NCBI GenBank assembly: GCA_965221125.1
Contig: CBDCRW010000007.1
Location: forward strand, 840,846 to 904,845
Length of the DNA: 64,000 nt
Direction: 5' to 3'
Source of the DNA: Alphaproteobacteria bacterium
GTDB taxonomy: Bacteria; Pseudomonadota; Alphaproteobacteria; UBA828
Every line of letters begins with the position of its first letter. The stretch's first letter is position 1. The notes under the pieces were generated by a model. The model searched no databases, was not told the DNA's origin, and was given only the letters and a program-made list of their open reading frames with translations. Shown here in pieces: positions 1 through 9,544 of the stretch. The translations under genes and the position numbers were made by a program.

Positions 1-40
1 GAAATCGTCGCCTGTGTTCATGTTACGCCTTGATTGCCCG

Positions 41-322
41 CTATTCCTCACCTTCGAGCCCGAGAACCCGGCGGCTGAGCGCCGGATCATGAAATGCAGC
101 GATCATCGCCTCGGCCTCTTCCGGCGTGGCGTCCTCGATCCCGAGGCGCCGCCGATCCGCTTCCAACTTGTCGAAGTCGATTCCCCTGGGCTCGTTGCAG
201 CGCACCAACTCGACGACCGGCTCGCCGTGCTTCGTGATGACCACACGCTCGCCGTTCTGGGCATCCTTGACGAGCCTGGACAGGTGAGCCTTGGCGTCAC
301 GCAGGGCATATTCCATGGCCAT
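41..322 (-). CDS. Type II toxin-antitoxin antitoxin, Phd/YefM family
   Basis: YALRDAKAHLSRLVKDAQNGERVVITKHGEPVVELV is a typical Phd N-terminus; start at 322 or 316. Confidence 0.88.
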   Translation of the reverse strand: MAMEYALRDAKAHLSRLVKDAQNGERVVITKHGEPVVELVRCNEPRGIDFDKLEADRRRLGIEDATPEEAEAMIAAFHDPALSRRVLGLEGEE

Positions 323-423
323 TGTCTCCAAGGAGCGGAGCGGTCACCGGACCCTACGCAATGGGGTGCCCATGCGCAAAACCCCAGTCCGACCACATCA
401 TCTTCCTATTGGGAACCGGGGCA

Positions 424-1455
424 TTACGCGAAGTGCGGCATGACCTCGCCGGCGAAGAGTTCGAGCGAGGCCATGGCGTCGGCGCCGGGAATGCCGGGCA
501 TGTGCATCCAGCAGATCATCTCGCTCGGGTTGCAGGCCGCCCGATAGTCCCGGATGCGGCGAATCGCGAAGTCAGGGTCGCCGATGATGTAGCGGTCCTT
601 GAAGGTCGCGAACGCGACCTCGGTGGGGTCCTCGATCACGCTGCCGTCGTCCCGCCGGAGCACGCGGTCGCCCGCCGCCGACGCGGCGCCGTAGAGCTCG
701 CGATAGAGATAGTCCACCGCCGGCGCGGCCTTCGCCTCCGCCTCCGCCATGGTCGGCGCGACGAACACCTGGCGGATGATCGGCCGCTCCGGGATCTCCC
801 AGCCGGCAGCCTCGGCCGCGGCTTCGTAGGGCTTGAAGTGCTCCTGCAGCTCGGCGAGCCCGTGGCGTGGCGACATGATCTGCACGGAGCGCCGCGCCAC
901 CGCCCGCCGCAGCGAGCCCGGCGCCGAGACCCCGTACCAGATGGGCGGATGCGGGTCCTGCACCGGCTTCGGCGTCACCCGCCCCTCGGGCACCCGGTAG
1001 TAGCGCCCCTCGAAGGAGAACGGCTCTCCGCTCCAGGCCTGAACCATCAGGTCGAGCGCCTCCTCGAAGCGCCCCACGCGCTCCTCGCGCGGCACGTCGT
1101 GGGCGGCGAACTCTTGGCTTACGTAGCCCGGCGCCACGCCGAAGACGAAGCGCCCGCCCGAGAGGTTGTCGATGACCGCGATGTCCTCGGCGAGCTTGAG
1201 CGGCGCGTAGAGCGGCACCAGCAGGACCGCCGTGCCGATCCGCATCCGCTGGGTGACCGCCGCAGCGCCCGCCATGGCGACCACCGGGCTCGGGCAGAAT
1301 CCGTCCTTCTGCACGTGGTGGGAGCACTGAAAGGCCGAGACGTAACCCAGCTCCTCGGCCCGCGGCAGGCACTGCAGCATGTCCCGATAGGTCTCGCTGC
1401 TGGCGATGCCGCTCTCCGGCGGCACCTGGTGAGCGAAGAGAAGGCCGAACTTCAT
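424..1455 (-). CDS. LLM class flavin-dependent oxidoreductase
   Basis: MKFGL start; AEELGY..SHH; RIGTAV..PLYAPLKLAED; LSGGRFVFGV; PKPVQDPHPPIW. Confidence 0.92.
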   Translation of the reverse strand: MKFGLLFAHQVPPESGIASSETYRDMLQCLPRAEELGYVSAFQCSHHVQKDGFCPSPVVAMAGAAAVTQRMRIGTAVLLVPLYAPLKLAEDIAVIDNLSGGRFVFGVAPGYVSQEFAAHDVPREERVGRFEEALDLMVQAWSGEPFSFEGRYYRVPEGRVTPKPVQDPHPPIWYGVSAPGSLRRAVARRSVQIMSPRHGLAELQEHFKPYEAAAEAAGWEIPERPIIRQVFVAPTMAEAEAKAAPAVDYLYRELYGAASAAGDRVLRRDDGSVIEDPTEVAFATFKDRYIIGDPDFAIRRIRDYRAACNPSEMICWMHMPGIPGADAMASLELFAGEVMPHFA

Positions 1456-1489
1456 CGCGTCGTCCCTGTCGCTTGAGTCGCCTCGAAAC

Positions 1490-2236
1490 TCAGCCGAACG
1501 CGGCGCCGGAGATGCCGGCGAGCCAGCCGTCGTCCACGCCGAGGTTCACGCCGTGGATGTGGGCTGCGTCGTCGGAGCAGAGGAAGAGCGCGGCGGCGGC
1601 GATCGAGTCCGGCTCCATGTAGCCGGTGCGGGTCGCCAGCATGCGGGAAAGATTCGTGATGAAGGCGTCGTCCGTCCACTGGTGCTCGGTCATCTGCGTG
1701 CGGATGAAGCCGGGCGCCACCGAGTTCACGTTGATCCTGTCGGGCGCGAGCTGCATCGCCAGCGCGCGCGTGAGGTTGAGGAGCCCTCCCTTCGCCGCGC
1801 AGTAGGCCTCGGCGTTGGCGAAGCCCTGGCTGGCCGCGATCGAGGTGATGTTGACGATGCGCCCGCCGCCTCGGCTTCGCATCTGCGGCACCGCCGCCTG
1901 GATGAGGAAGAACACGCCCTTCAGGTTGATGTCGACGTTGCGGTCCCAGTTCTCCTCGGTCGCCTCGTCGAAGGGCATCTGCTCGAACACGCCGACGCAG
2001 TTGACCAGCAGGTCGATGGGGCCGAGATCGGCCTCCACCGCGGCGGCGAGGCGCCGGCACTCCGATACGCGGCTGAGGTCGGCCGTGTAGCAGCGCGCAT
2101 TCGCCACCGGACTCTCGCCGGAAGCCGCGTCGGCCAGCGCCAGCTCGGCGCCTTCGGCGGCAAAGCGCTCGGCCACCTTGCCGCCGATACCGCCGAGCCC
2201 GCCCGTGATCAAAGCCCGCTTGCCCTCAAGCCTCAT
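1490..2236 (-). CDS. SDR family NAD(P)-dependent oxidoreductase
   Basis: TGGLGGIG, YCAAK (YxxxK), NSVAPGFIRT. Confidence 0.93.
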   Translation of the reverse strand: MRLEGKRALITGGLGGIGGKVAERFAAEGAELALADAASGESPVANARCYTADLSRVSECRRLAAAVEADLGPIDLLVNCVGVFEQMPFDEATEENWDRNVDINLKGVFFLIQAAVPQMRSRGGGRIVNITSIAASQGFANAEAYCAAKGGLLNLTRALAMQLAPDRINVNSVAPGFIRTQMTEHQWTDDAFITNLSRMLATRTGYMEPDSIAAAALFLCSDDAAHIHGVNLGVDDGWLAGISGAAFG

Positions 2237-2271
2237 GGTTCGCCCATCCTCGTCGTGCGGCCATCGCCGCC

Positions 2272-2667
2272 CTACTCCATCAGCGCGACCTTTTCCGGCT
2301 CGATCCTGACGATCACGCGCTGCTCGCCCTCCCTGCGGTAGGGATAGCTGTCGAGGTCCATGTACTTCTTGGCCATGGCGTCGATGTTCTCCTCGGCGCC
2401 CTCGTGCTCCATCGCCACCACGCGCCCCTGGATCATGGCCTGCTGATAGGGGTTCTCCATGTCGAACACGGCGATCGCGACCCTGGCGTCGCGGCGCATG
2501 TTGCGGGGCTTCACCCGCCCTTCCGCCGTGTTGAAGACGATGTGCGGGCCGTCGGTGTGGATCCAGACGACCGACGCCTGGGGCCTGCCGTCGCCCATCA
2601 CGGTGGCCACGGTCGCGAAATTCTTGCCGTCCAGCAGCCTCCTGGCCAGATCGGGCAGCTCCACCAT
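2272..2667 (-). CDS. PPOX class F420-dependent oxidoreductase family protein
   Basis: FATVATVMGDGRPQASVVW, NTAEGRVKPRNMRRDARV, KKYM..YP..EGEQRV. Confidence 0.88.
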   Translation of the reverse strand: MVELPDLARRLLDGKNFATVATVMGDGRPQASVVWIHTDGPHIVFNTAEGRVKPRNMRRDARVAIAVFDMENPYQQAMIQGRVVAMEHEGAEENIDAMAKKYMDLDSYPYRREGEQRVIVRIEPEKVALME

Positions 2668-2748
2668 CTCTCGTCTCCTTCTCGCTCCCGCCGTCGCGGC
2701 GCCACCATACAGCCGGGATCAGGCGATAGCACGGTCAGCCGCCAGCGA

Positions 2749-3618
2749 TCAGGCGACCCACTCGTTGGCTTCGTCGCTGTCGCCGGCGACCGTGGTGCGG
2801 ACCATGTGGCGCGGCTGGTCCGGCGGATGGCCGAGGCCCCGGTGGAGGACGCAGCGGTTGTCCCACATGACGAGATCGCCCACGGCCCACTTGTGAATGT
2901 GGATGCGCGGGGCCTGGCAGGCGTCGGCGCACAGGCGCTCCAGGAGCTGGCGGCTCTCGCCGGGGTCCTCGCCCACGATGTGGCTTGCATGGCGGCCGAT
3001 GTAGAGGTTGCGCCGCCCGGTCGCCGGATGGGTGCGAATCACCGGCTGCTCCACCGGCGGCAGCGCGTCCCACTCGTCCTCGGTGATTGCGCCCATGCCG
3101 CCGACCTTGCCCTGGCTGTAGGCATAGCTATGCACGGCGATCTTGTCCGCGAGCCACGCCTGCATGGCGGGCTCAAGGGCGTCGTAGGCCGCGCGCATGT
3201 CGGCAAACGCGGTCTCGCCGCCGGTCTTCGGCACGATCTTCGCTGCGAGCAGCGAGGCCTTGGCGGGAATCCGCTTGTACGAGCTGTCGGTGTGCCAATA
3301 GTTGTTGCCCTGCAGCAGCCGTCCGGTGTCGCTCTTGGCCTCCCAGAGGGAGCCGTCCTTCTTCACGTTGGAGAGGTGGATGATCGCCGGGTCGTGCTGG
3401 GTGTGGGTCTTGGTGAGGCTGCGCTCCAGCGGGCCGAAGCGGCGGCTGAAGGCGACCTGCTCCTCTTCCGAGAGGTGCTGGCCGGGGAAGATCAGCACCC
3501 CGTGGGCGTGCCACGCCGCCTGGATGACCGCGAAGGCCTCGTCGTCGAGCGCGTTCAGCCGGACGTTGCTGACGACCGCGCCCAAGGTGGCGTCGGTCGG
3601 CGTGATCTCAGGAGACAT
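2749..3618 (-). CDS. TauD/TfdA family 2-oxoglutarate/Fe(II) dioxygenase
   Basis: WHTDSSY (HxD), GGETAFADMRAAY, WDNRCVLHR. Confidence 0.93.
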   Translation of the reverse strand: MSPEITPTDATLGAVVSNVRLNALDDEAFAVIQAAWHAHGVLIFPGQHLSEEEQVAFSRRFGPLERSLTKTHTQHDPAIIHLSNVKKDGSLWEAKSDTGRLLQGNNYWHTDSSYKRIPAKASLLAAKIVPKTGGETAFADMRAAYDALEPAMQAWLADKIAVHSYAYSQGKVGGMGAITEDEWDALPPVEQPVIRTHPATGRRNLYIGRHASHIVGEDPGESRQLLERLCADACQAPRIHIHKWAVGDLVMWDNRCVLHRGLGHPPDQPRHMVRTTVAGDSDEANEWVA

Positions 3619-3634
3619 GGCGCCCTCCCCTCGC

Positions 3635-4789
3635 TTACTCCCTCGCCCAGCCCGGAATGTAGCAGGGCCCCGGAATCGCGGGATAGCGCTCCAGCACCGA
3701 TTCGTCGATCTCGATGCCGAGGCCGGGCCCGTCGGGCGGCTCGATATATCCGTCCACCACCCCCTTGTAGCCCTTGGCGAGGTCGGTGCGGAACGGGTTC
3801 ACCAGGGCCACGTCGGCCTCGTAGATGAGCCCGTTCGGGATCGCCGAGAGCAGATGCGCGTTGCCGGCGGCGCTCAGGATGCTGTGGCTGGTGTGCGGCG
3901 CCATCGGGATGTGCCACGCGGCCGCCATGTCGGAGATCTTCTTGAGTTCGCTCAGCCCGCCCGACTTGCAAAAATCCGCCTGGCAGATGGAGATCGCCCG
4001 CGCCTCGAAGAGCGCCCGGAAGGCGGGCCTCGCGTAGTGGTTCTCGCCGGCGGCGATGGGGATGGACGTGCGCGTGCGAAGCTCGGCATAGGCCGGGATG
4101 TTGTCCGGCGTGAACGGCTCCTCCAGCCAGTACACCCGGTTCTCCTCGCAGTAGCGCAGCACGTCCGGGATATCGAGCAGGTCGTAGCGCGTCGCGGCAT
4201 CGACGGCGATGTCGAGATCGTCGCCAAAAGTCTTGCGGATGTGACCGACCCGCATGGCGTCCCGCGCGGGGTGGTCGCCCACGCGCATCTTGATCGCCGT
4301 ATAGCCCTCGTCCACCAGGGTCGCGACCTCTTTTTCCAGCTCTTCCGGCGGCTTGAAGCCGAGACTTAAACCCCCGGCGTAAGCCCGAATTCGCTTCTTG
4401 GAGCCGCCCATCAGCGTGTAGATCGGCAGGCCCAGCAGCTTGCCCTTGAGGTCCCAGAGCGCGTTGTCGATCCCGGCGAGCGCGGTGATGCTGCCGGCGC
4501 CCAGCCCGTGCGTGACGACCTGCTGGCGCTCGAGCCGGTGCCAGATGCCTTCGCTGTCGAGGGGGTCGGCGCCGACGATGAGCGAGCCGAGCCCGTCCTG
4601 GATCACCGTCGCCATCGCCGTGTTGTTCTGGCCGTGGTGCGCCTCGCCGAGACCCACCGCGCCGCTCTCGTCCGTGATCCGCACGAGCACGATGTCGCGC
4701 TTGGTGTTGGTGCCGAGACCGAGCCGCACGAGGTTGGTCTCGAACGGACATGAATGAGCGCTCGCGCGTACCTCGACGATCTTCGCCAT
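3635..4789 (-). CDS. Mandelate racemase/muconate lactonizing enzyme family protein
   Basis: GIDNALWDLKGK, KMR, AVDA, WLEEP, AAGEN, MAPH; start reassigned to ATG 4789 (MAKIVEV). Confidence 0.92.
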   Translation of the reverse strand: MAKIVEVRASAHSCPFETNLVRLGLGTNTKRDIVLVRITDESGAVGLGEAHHGQNNTAMATVIQDGLGSLIVGADPLDSEGIWHRLERQQVVTHGLGAGSITALAGIDNALWDLKGKLLGLPIYTLMGGSKKRIRAYAGGLSLGFKPPEELEKEVATLVDEGYTAIKMRVGDHPARDAMRVGHIRKTFGDDLDIAVDAATRYDLLDIPDVLRYCEENRVYWLEEPFTPDNIPAYAELRTRTSIPIAAGENHYARPAFRALFEARAISICQADFCKSGGLSELKKISDMAAAWHIPMAPHTSHSILSAAGNAHLLSAIPNGLIYEADVALVNPFRTDLAKGYKGVVDGYIEPPDGPGLGIEIDESVLERYPAIPGPCYIPGWARE

Positions 4790-4889
4790 CGCTTTCCCCC
4801 TGTGCCGGCGGCTGCGGTGCCGCCGCGCCGAAGCTATTCCGCCCAGGGACCCGCCGCAAGCGCCGCGCGGCAGGCATGCGGATTTGCGC

Positions 4890-5020
4890 CCGGGCCGCAG
4901 GGCGGCCCGGACGGCGCGACTGCGCGTCGCACGGCCACGTGCGCGGGGCGCACGATGCGCCGAAAGGCGCGTAGCCAAGCGAGCGGAGCGAGCGCCCGGC
5001 GCCTGAGGGAAACGAAAAAG
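4890..5020. repeat. Intergenic modular hairpin repeat, copy 1 (REP/MITE-like)
   Basis: Shares CCGGGCC..GGCCCGGACGGCGCG..AGCCAAGCGAGCG..GCGAGCGCCCGGCG..TGAGGGA with copies at 8826 and 16942. Confidence 0.85.
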
Positions 5021-5022
5021 TA

Positions 5023-5862
5023 TCAGGCAACGGGCGGAGCGGTCGACGGATTCGCGTCGGAGCCTGAATCAAGCGTTCCTTCAACGGCTTGTGCGGAATT
5101 GGCTTCGTTTTGCAAAAACGCTTTTTCGCGATCGGACCCGGCTTCAGCGTTCGCCTTGACTGCGGCAGGACGCCGGCCTTGCGGCGCAGGCGCGCGCACG
5201 GCGCGGGACGGCGCCGGCTCCGGATCGGCCGGCGGCGGCGCCTCCGACCGGGGTTTCGCGGGCGACGCGCCCTGCAGGCGGCGGAACTCGTCCAGCGTCC
5301 GGTGGAGCGCCCGCTGCAGGCTCGCCTCGTGGCGCCCCACGCGGTCGAAGGCCCTCGCGTTCTGCTTCCGCTCGGCCAGGACCTCGGCCCAGGGCGCCCT
5401 CTCCCTGATATCCAGGTCGATCTTGAACTCGGTAAAAAAGATGTCGTCGAGGGTCTGGGAGGTCGCGTCGCCGTCCTTGCCGCCAAAGTGCTGCTTGAGC
5501 AGGTCCTGGGAGATGGCCCTGAACGGCGCCGAGGACACCCTGTTGCGCTCCGCTATGAGTTGTCCGTGGACGAAAGTCTGGCATTCGAGGCGGGCGGCGC
5601 GGTCGAGCCGCCACAGAAGCACGACGATGCGCTCGGCGAGGGCCGCCTGAAGAGCGCCCTGCGGGTTGAGGTCGGCGAGCACCTCCTGCTGGAGGCTCTC
5701 GAAGGCGTCGGCGTTCTCGTCCGGCAGCACGATTGCGTGCGTTGCGGTGAGGCCGTGGCAGAGCGCATTGCGTGACGACGCGGCCTTGCCGGCTTCGGTC
5801 TTCGGTCCCGTGCTCTTTTGCGCGTTGCGGCGGTTGGCCTTGATCTGTCGCTTCGTCGCCAT
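5023..5862 (-). CDS. Hypothetical protein with N-terminal ANRRNAQKSTGPKTEAGK..NALxHG motif
   Basis: Conserved N-terminal motif, GGAGG RBS before ATG 5862, C-terminal LQNEAN motif. Confidence 0.8.
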   Translation of the reverse strand: MATKRQIKANRRNAQKSTGPKTEAGKAASSRNALCHGLTATHAIVLPDENADAFESLQQEVLADLNPQGALQAALAERIVVLLWRLDRAARLECQTFVHGQLIAERNRVSSAPFRAISQDLLKQHFGGKDGDATSQTLDDIFFTEFKIDLDIRERAPWAEVLAERKQNARAFDRVGRHEASLQRALHRTLDEFRRLQGASPAKPRSEAPPPADPEPAPSRAVRAPAPQGRRPAAVKANAEAGSDREKAFLQNEANSAQAVEGTLDSGSDANPSTAPPVA

Positions 5863-6014
5863 GACGACCTCCTCCGGGTTCGAACGAAAACGGAGGATCG
5901 TGATCCGCGGCGACCCGTTCGGTAACCGCACCATGGTGCGGGGTCTCTTGCCGTCTTGCCCGCCCGCTTGCACGGCATCGAAGCCTCGGGAACAATCGCG
6001 CGCCGGGAGGGACC

Positions 6015-7757
6015 ATGACTGCACCAGCGACCGAGAGCGGCGCCGATCCGGTCACGCGCGAGATCATCCGCGGCAAGCTGCTGGCGCTTGCCGACGAGAT
6101 GGGCATCGTCATCGCCAAGACCTCCATGAGCCCGGTGATCTACGAGGTGCTCGACTTCGCCTGCGGCCTCTGCGACGCCGACGGCGAGCTGATTGTGCAG
6201 ACCAACGGCATCACGCTCTTCACCGGCACCTTCGCGCCGCAGGTGCGCTCCATCGTCCGCCGCCACGGCGAGACCATGCGGCCGGGCGACGTCTTCATGA
6301 CCAACGACCCCTTCGAGGGCGGCACCCATAGCTGCGACATCGCGCTCATCAAGCCGATCTTCGTGGACGGCCGGCTCTTCGCCTTCGCCATCTCGGTCGC
6401 GCACTGGAGCGAGGTCGGCGGCGCCGTGCCCGGCAGCATCTCGCCCACCGCCACCGAGATCTATCAGGAGGGCGTGCGCTTCCCCGGCATCCGCGTCTGC
6501 CGGGACGACGAGACCATCGACGACGTGATCGCGCTGATCCGCGAGAACGTGCGCCTGCCCGTGCAGTCCCTCGGCGACTTCAACGCGGGCCTCGCCGCCG
6601 TCCGCATCGCCGAGACGCGGCTGCGCGAGGTCATCGCCCGCTACGGCGAGGCCGCGGTGAAGGGCACCTTCGGCCACATCCTGGAGACCAGCGAGCGGCT
6701 CAGCCGCGCCGCGGTCGCGGCACTCCCCGACGGCGACTACGAGGCGGAGGACTGGATCGACGGCGACGGCATCACGGAAGAGCGCTTCCGCGTCGCCGTC
6801 GTCGTGCGCATCCGGGGTGATACCATCACCTTCGACTTCACCGGCACCAGCTCCATGGTCAAGGGGCCCATCAACTGCGCCTTCGGCGCCCTCGATTCGG
6901 CGGTCAAGACGGTGTTCAAGTCGCTGGTGGACCCGCAGGCCCCGTCGAACGAAGGCTGGTTCCGCCCGGTGAAGCTGGTCTGCCCGCCAGGCACCGTGTT
7001 CACCGCTGAGAAGCCGGCGCCGACCGGCTGGTACTACGAGGGCTCGGCCCACGCCTCCGAGCTCGCCTGGAAGGCGCTGGCTCACGTCGCACCCGAGCGC
7101 TTCAGCGCGGGCTCCTACATGAGCCTCGCCGGCACCTACTTCTACGGCCGCGACCCGGAGAGCGGCGAGGTCTACGTCCATATCGAGCCCGCCATCGGCG
7201 GCTGGGGCGCCACGGCCTCCGGCGACGGCACCAGCGCCCTCATCGCGACGACGGACGGCGACACCTACAACTACTCGGTCGAGCTGTTCGAGGCGAAGTT
7301 CCCGCTCGCCATCCGTCGCTACGCGCTGAACGTGGACGACGGCGCCGGCGCCGGCCGCCACCGGGGCGGCTTCGGCGTGGTCCGCGAGTTCGAGGTGGCC
7401 GGCGCGGACGCCCACACCTACTGCAGCATCGGCCGCTCCATCGAGCGCCCGTGGGGTTTGGCGGGAGGCGGCGAGGGCTCCAACAACTACATGCGGATCG
7501 AGAGCAATGGCTCCGTCAAGCGGGTGGCCCGCATCCCCTACCAGGCGCTCGGCGAGGGCGACCGCGTCGCCGTGGTGACCGGCGGCGGCGGCGGCTTCGG
7601 CGACCCCCTCACCCGGCCTGCGGCGGCGGTCGCCACCGATGTGGCAGACGGCTACATCTCGGCCGAGCGGGCGTGCAACGACTACGGCGTCGTCGTCGCC
7701 CCCGACGGATCCGTGGACGAGGCCGCCACCGCTGCGCTCCGCGCCCAGCCGCGCTGA
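6015..7757 (+). CDS. Hydantoinase B/oxoprolinase family protein
   Basis: DPVTREII, SPVIYEVLDFACG, NDPFEGGTH, HWSEVGG, GGGGGFGDP. Confidence 0.93.
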   Translation: MTAPATESGADPVTREIIRGKLLALADEMGIVIAKTSMSPVIYEVLDFACGLCDADGELIVQTNGITLFTGTFAPQVRSIVRRHGETMRPGDVFMTNDPFEGGTHSCDIALIKPIFVDGRLFAFAISVAHWSEVGGAVPGSISPTATEIYQEGVRFPGIRVCRDDETIDDVIALIRENVRLPVQSLGDFNAGLAAVRIAETRLREVIARYGEAAVKGTFGHILETSERLSRAAVAALPDGDYEAEDWIDGDGITEERFRVAVVVRIRGDTITFDFTGTSSMVKGPINCAFGALDSAVKTVFKSLVDPQAPSNEGWFRPVKLVCPPGTVFTAEKPAPTGWYYEGSAHASELAWKALAHVAPERFSAGSYMSLAGTYFYGRDPESGEVYVHIEPAIGGWGATASGDGTSALIATTDGDTYNYSVELFEAKFPLAIRRYALNVDDGAGAGRHRGGFGVVREFEVAGADAHTYCSIGRSIERPWGLAGGGEGSNNYMRIESNGSVKRVARIPYQALGEGDRVAVVTGGGGGFGDPLTRPAAAVATDVADGYISAERACNDYGVVVAPDGSVDEAATAALRAQPR

Positions 7758-7774
7758 CCGGAGAGGCACGACCG

Positions 7775-8794
7775 ATGGCGGGCAAGAAATGGAAATGGGC
7801 CGTCCTCTTCAGCGGCGACAACCTCACCCTCGACGAGACCATCGACTTCGCCGCCAGGGCGGAGGATGCAGGCGCGGAGAGCCTGTGGACCACCGAGCTC
7901 GGCCGCGATGCCTTCGTGCCGCTGGCCGGCATGGCCGCCCGCTGCAAGCGCGCCCGCCTCGGCACCGGCGTCGCCATCTTCGCCCGGCCCCCGGCGCTCA
8001 CGGAGATCAGCGCCATGTCGATGGCGGAGCTGACTGAAGGGCGCTTCGTGCTCGGCCTCGGCACCGCGCCGCCGGCGTGGAACGAGAACTGGCACGGCCT
8101 TCCCTACCGCCGGCCGGTACGGCGCATGCGCGAATACGTCGAGGCGATCCGCCTGATGTGGACCGCGAGACCCGAATCGCCCGTCGAGTACGAGGGCGAA
8201 CTCATCACCATCCGCGACTACCGCCGCGTGCTCGCACCGCCCTGCGCCCCGCCGCCCATCTACCTCGCCGCGGTGCAGCCGGCGATGCTGCAGCTCACCG
8301 GCGCGATCGCCGACGGCCTGCTGGCGAACCTGCTCAACACGCCCCGCTACTTCACCGACATCGTGCACCCCAACATCGACAAGGGGCTCGCCAGGGCCGG
8401 GCGGAGCCGCGCGGACATCAAGCTCTGCTCGCTCAAGGTCTGCTCCGTTGACCGCGACCGGGAGCGCGCCCGCCGGCGCGCGCGGGGTCCCATCGCGTTC
8501 TACTCGTGCCTCCCCTACTTCGACCAGGTGCTCGACCCCGCCGGCTTCACGCGCCAAAAACTCGCGATCCGCGATGCCTGGGCGCGCGCCGACCTCGCCG
8601 CCATGACCGACCTCGTGACCGACGACATGGTGGACGCGCTGGTGTTGGCCGGCACGCCGGACGACGTGCGCGGCCAATTGGACCGCTTCGAGGGGCTGTT
8701 CGAGACCGTGCTGCTCTACTGCCCGATGCCCTTCATCGACCGCGAGGAATCTTTGGCCAACCACGATGCGATGATCGAGGCGTTCGCGGAGTGA
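7775..8794 (+). CDS. LLM class flavin-dependent oxidoreductase
   Basis: AEDAGAESLWTTE, LGTGVA, GRFVLGLG, PPIYLAA; start at ATG 7775. Confidence 0.9.
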   Translation: MAGKKWKWAVLFSGDNLTLDETIDFAARAEDAGAESLWTTELGRDAFVPLAGMAARCKRARLGTGVAIFARPPALTEISAMSMAELTEGRFVLGLGTAPPAWNENWHGLPYRRPVRRMREYVEAIRLMWTARPESPVEYEGELITIRDYRRVLAPPCAPPPIYLAAVQPAMLQLTGAIADGLLANLLNTPRYFTDIVHPNIDKGLARAGRSRADIKLCSLKVCSVDRDRERARRRARGPIAFYSCLPYFDQVLDPAGFTRQKLAIRDAWARADLAAMTDLVTDDMVDALVLAGTPDDVRGQLDRFEGLFETVLLYCPMPFIDREESLANHDAMIEAFAE

Positions 8795-8825
8795 ACGGGG
8801 TCATCTCACTGGGAAATATGAACCA

Positions 8826-8947
8826 CCGGGCCGAAGGCCCGGACGGCGCGCTAGCGCCGCGCGCGTAGCGCGAAGCCAAGCGAGCGTCGCGCGTCCACGC
8901 GCGCAGGCGCGCGATGCGAGCGCCCGGCGCTTGAGGGAACACGAAAG
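8826..8947. repeat. Intergenic modular hairpin repeat, copy 2
   Basis: Same conserved blocks as copies 1 and 3, with an extra hairpin in the 3' half. Confidence 0.85.
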
Positions 8948-8957
8948 AGAGAGACGC

Positions 8958-9515
8958 ATGACCAGCTACGCCGAGACCCAGCGCCTGCCGCGCGCGGACC
9001 GCAGCGACTTTCCGCCTGCGAAGACGGAGATCTGGGACCACGTGGTCGAGACCCGCAAGCTCGACTTCATGCCCAACATGTTCGCGGTGATGGGACAGAG
9101 CCCGGACGCGCTGAGGGCGGTGGCTGCCGTGGGCGAGCACGTGCGCTGGCATTCGGCACTGGATAACGACATGCGCGAAATGGTCATCTGCACCGTCGCC
9201 CAGGCGGTCGGCAACGTCTACGAGTGGGACCACCACATCCACAAGGTGCCGGAGCGCTTCCGCACGGCCGTGGGCACGCTCGCCATCGAGGCCGAGCCCG
9301 CGCCGCTGGGGCCGGCGCTCCGCCTCTGCCGCCTGCTGGCGAGCGGGGAGGACGTGGACGACGCGCTGGTCGCGGACCTGCGCGAGTCGCTGGGCGAGGC
9401 GGGCCTCGTCGATCTCGTGGTGATGATCGGCTACTACCAGCTCTTGGGCAGCTTCTGCGCCGTGCTCGGCATCGAGGTCGAGGACAGCGTCGCCCACGTC
9501 CCCTTCAACGGCTGA
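8958..9515 (+). CDS. Carboxymuconolactone decarboxylase/AhpD-like family protein
   Basis: REMVICTVA..YEWDHH; LGEAGLVDLVVMIGYY. Confidence 0.85.
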   Translation: MTSYAETQRLPRADRSDFPPAKTEIWDHVVETRKLDFMPNMFAVMGQSPDALRAVAAVGEHVRWHSALDNDMREMVICTVAQAVGNVYEWDHHIHKVPERFRTAVGTLAIEAEPAPLGPALRLCRLLASGEDVDDALVADLRESLGEAGLVDLVVMIGYYQLLGSFCAVLGIEVEDSVAHVPFNG

Positions 9516-9544
9516 GGCCGGGGCAAGTTAGTCCGGCGCGCACG

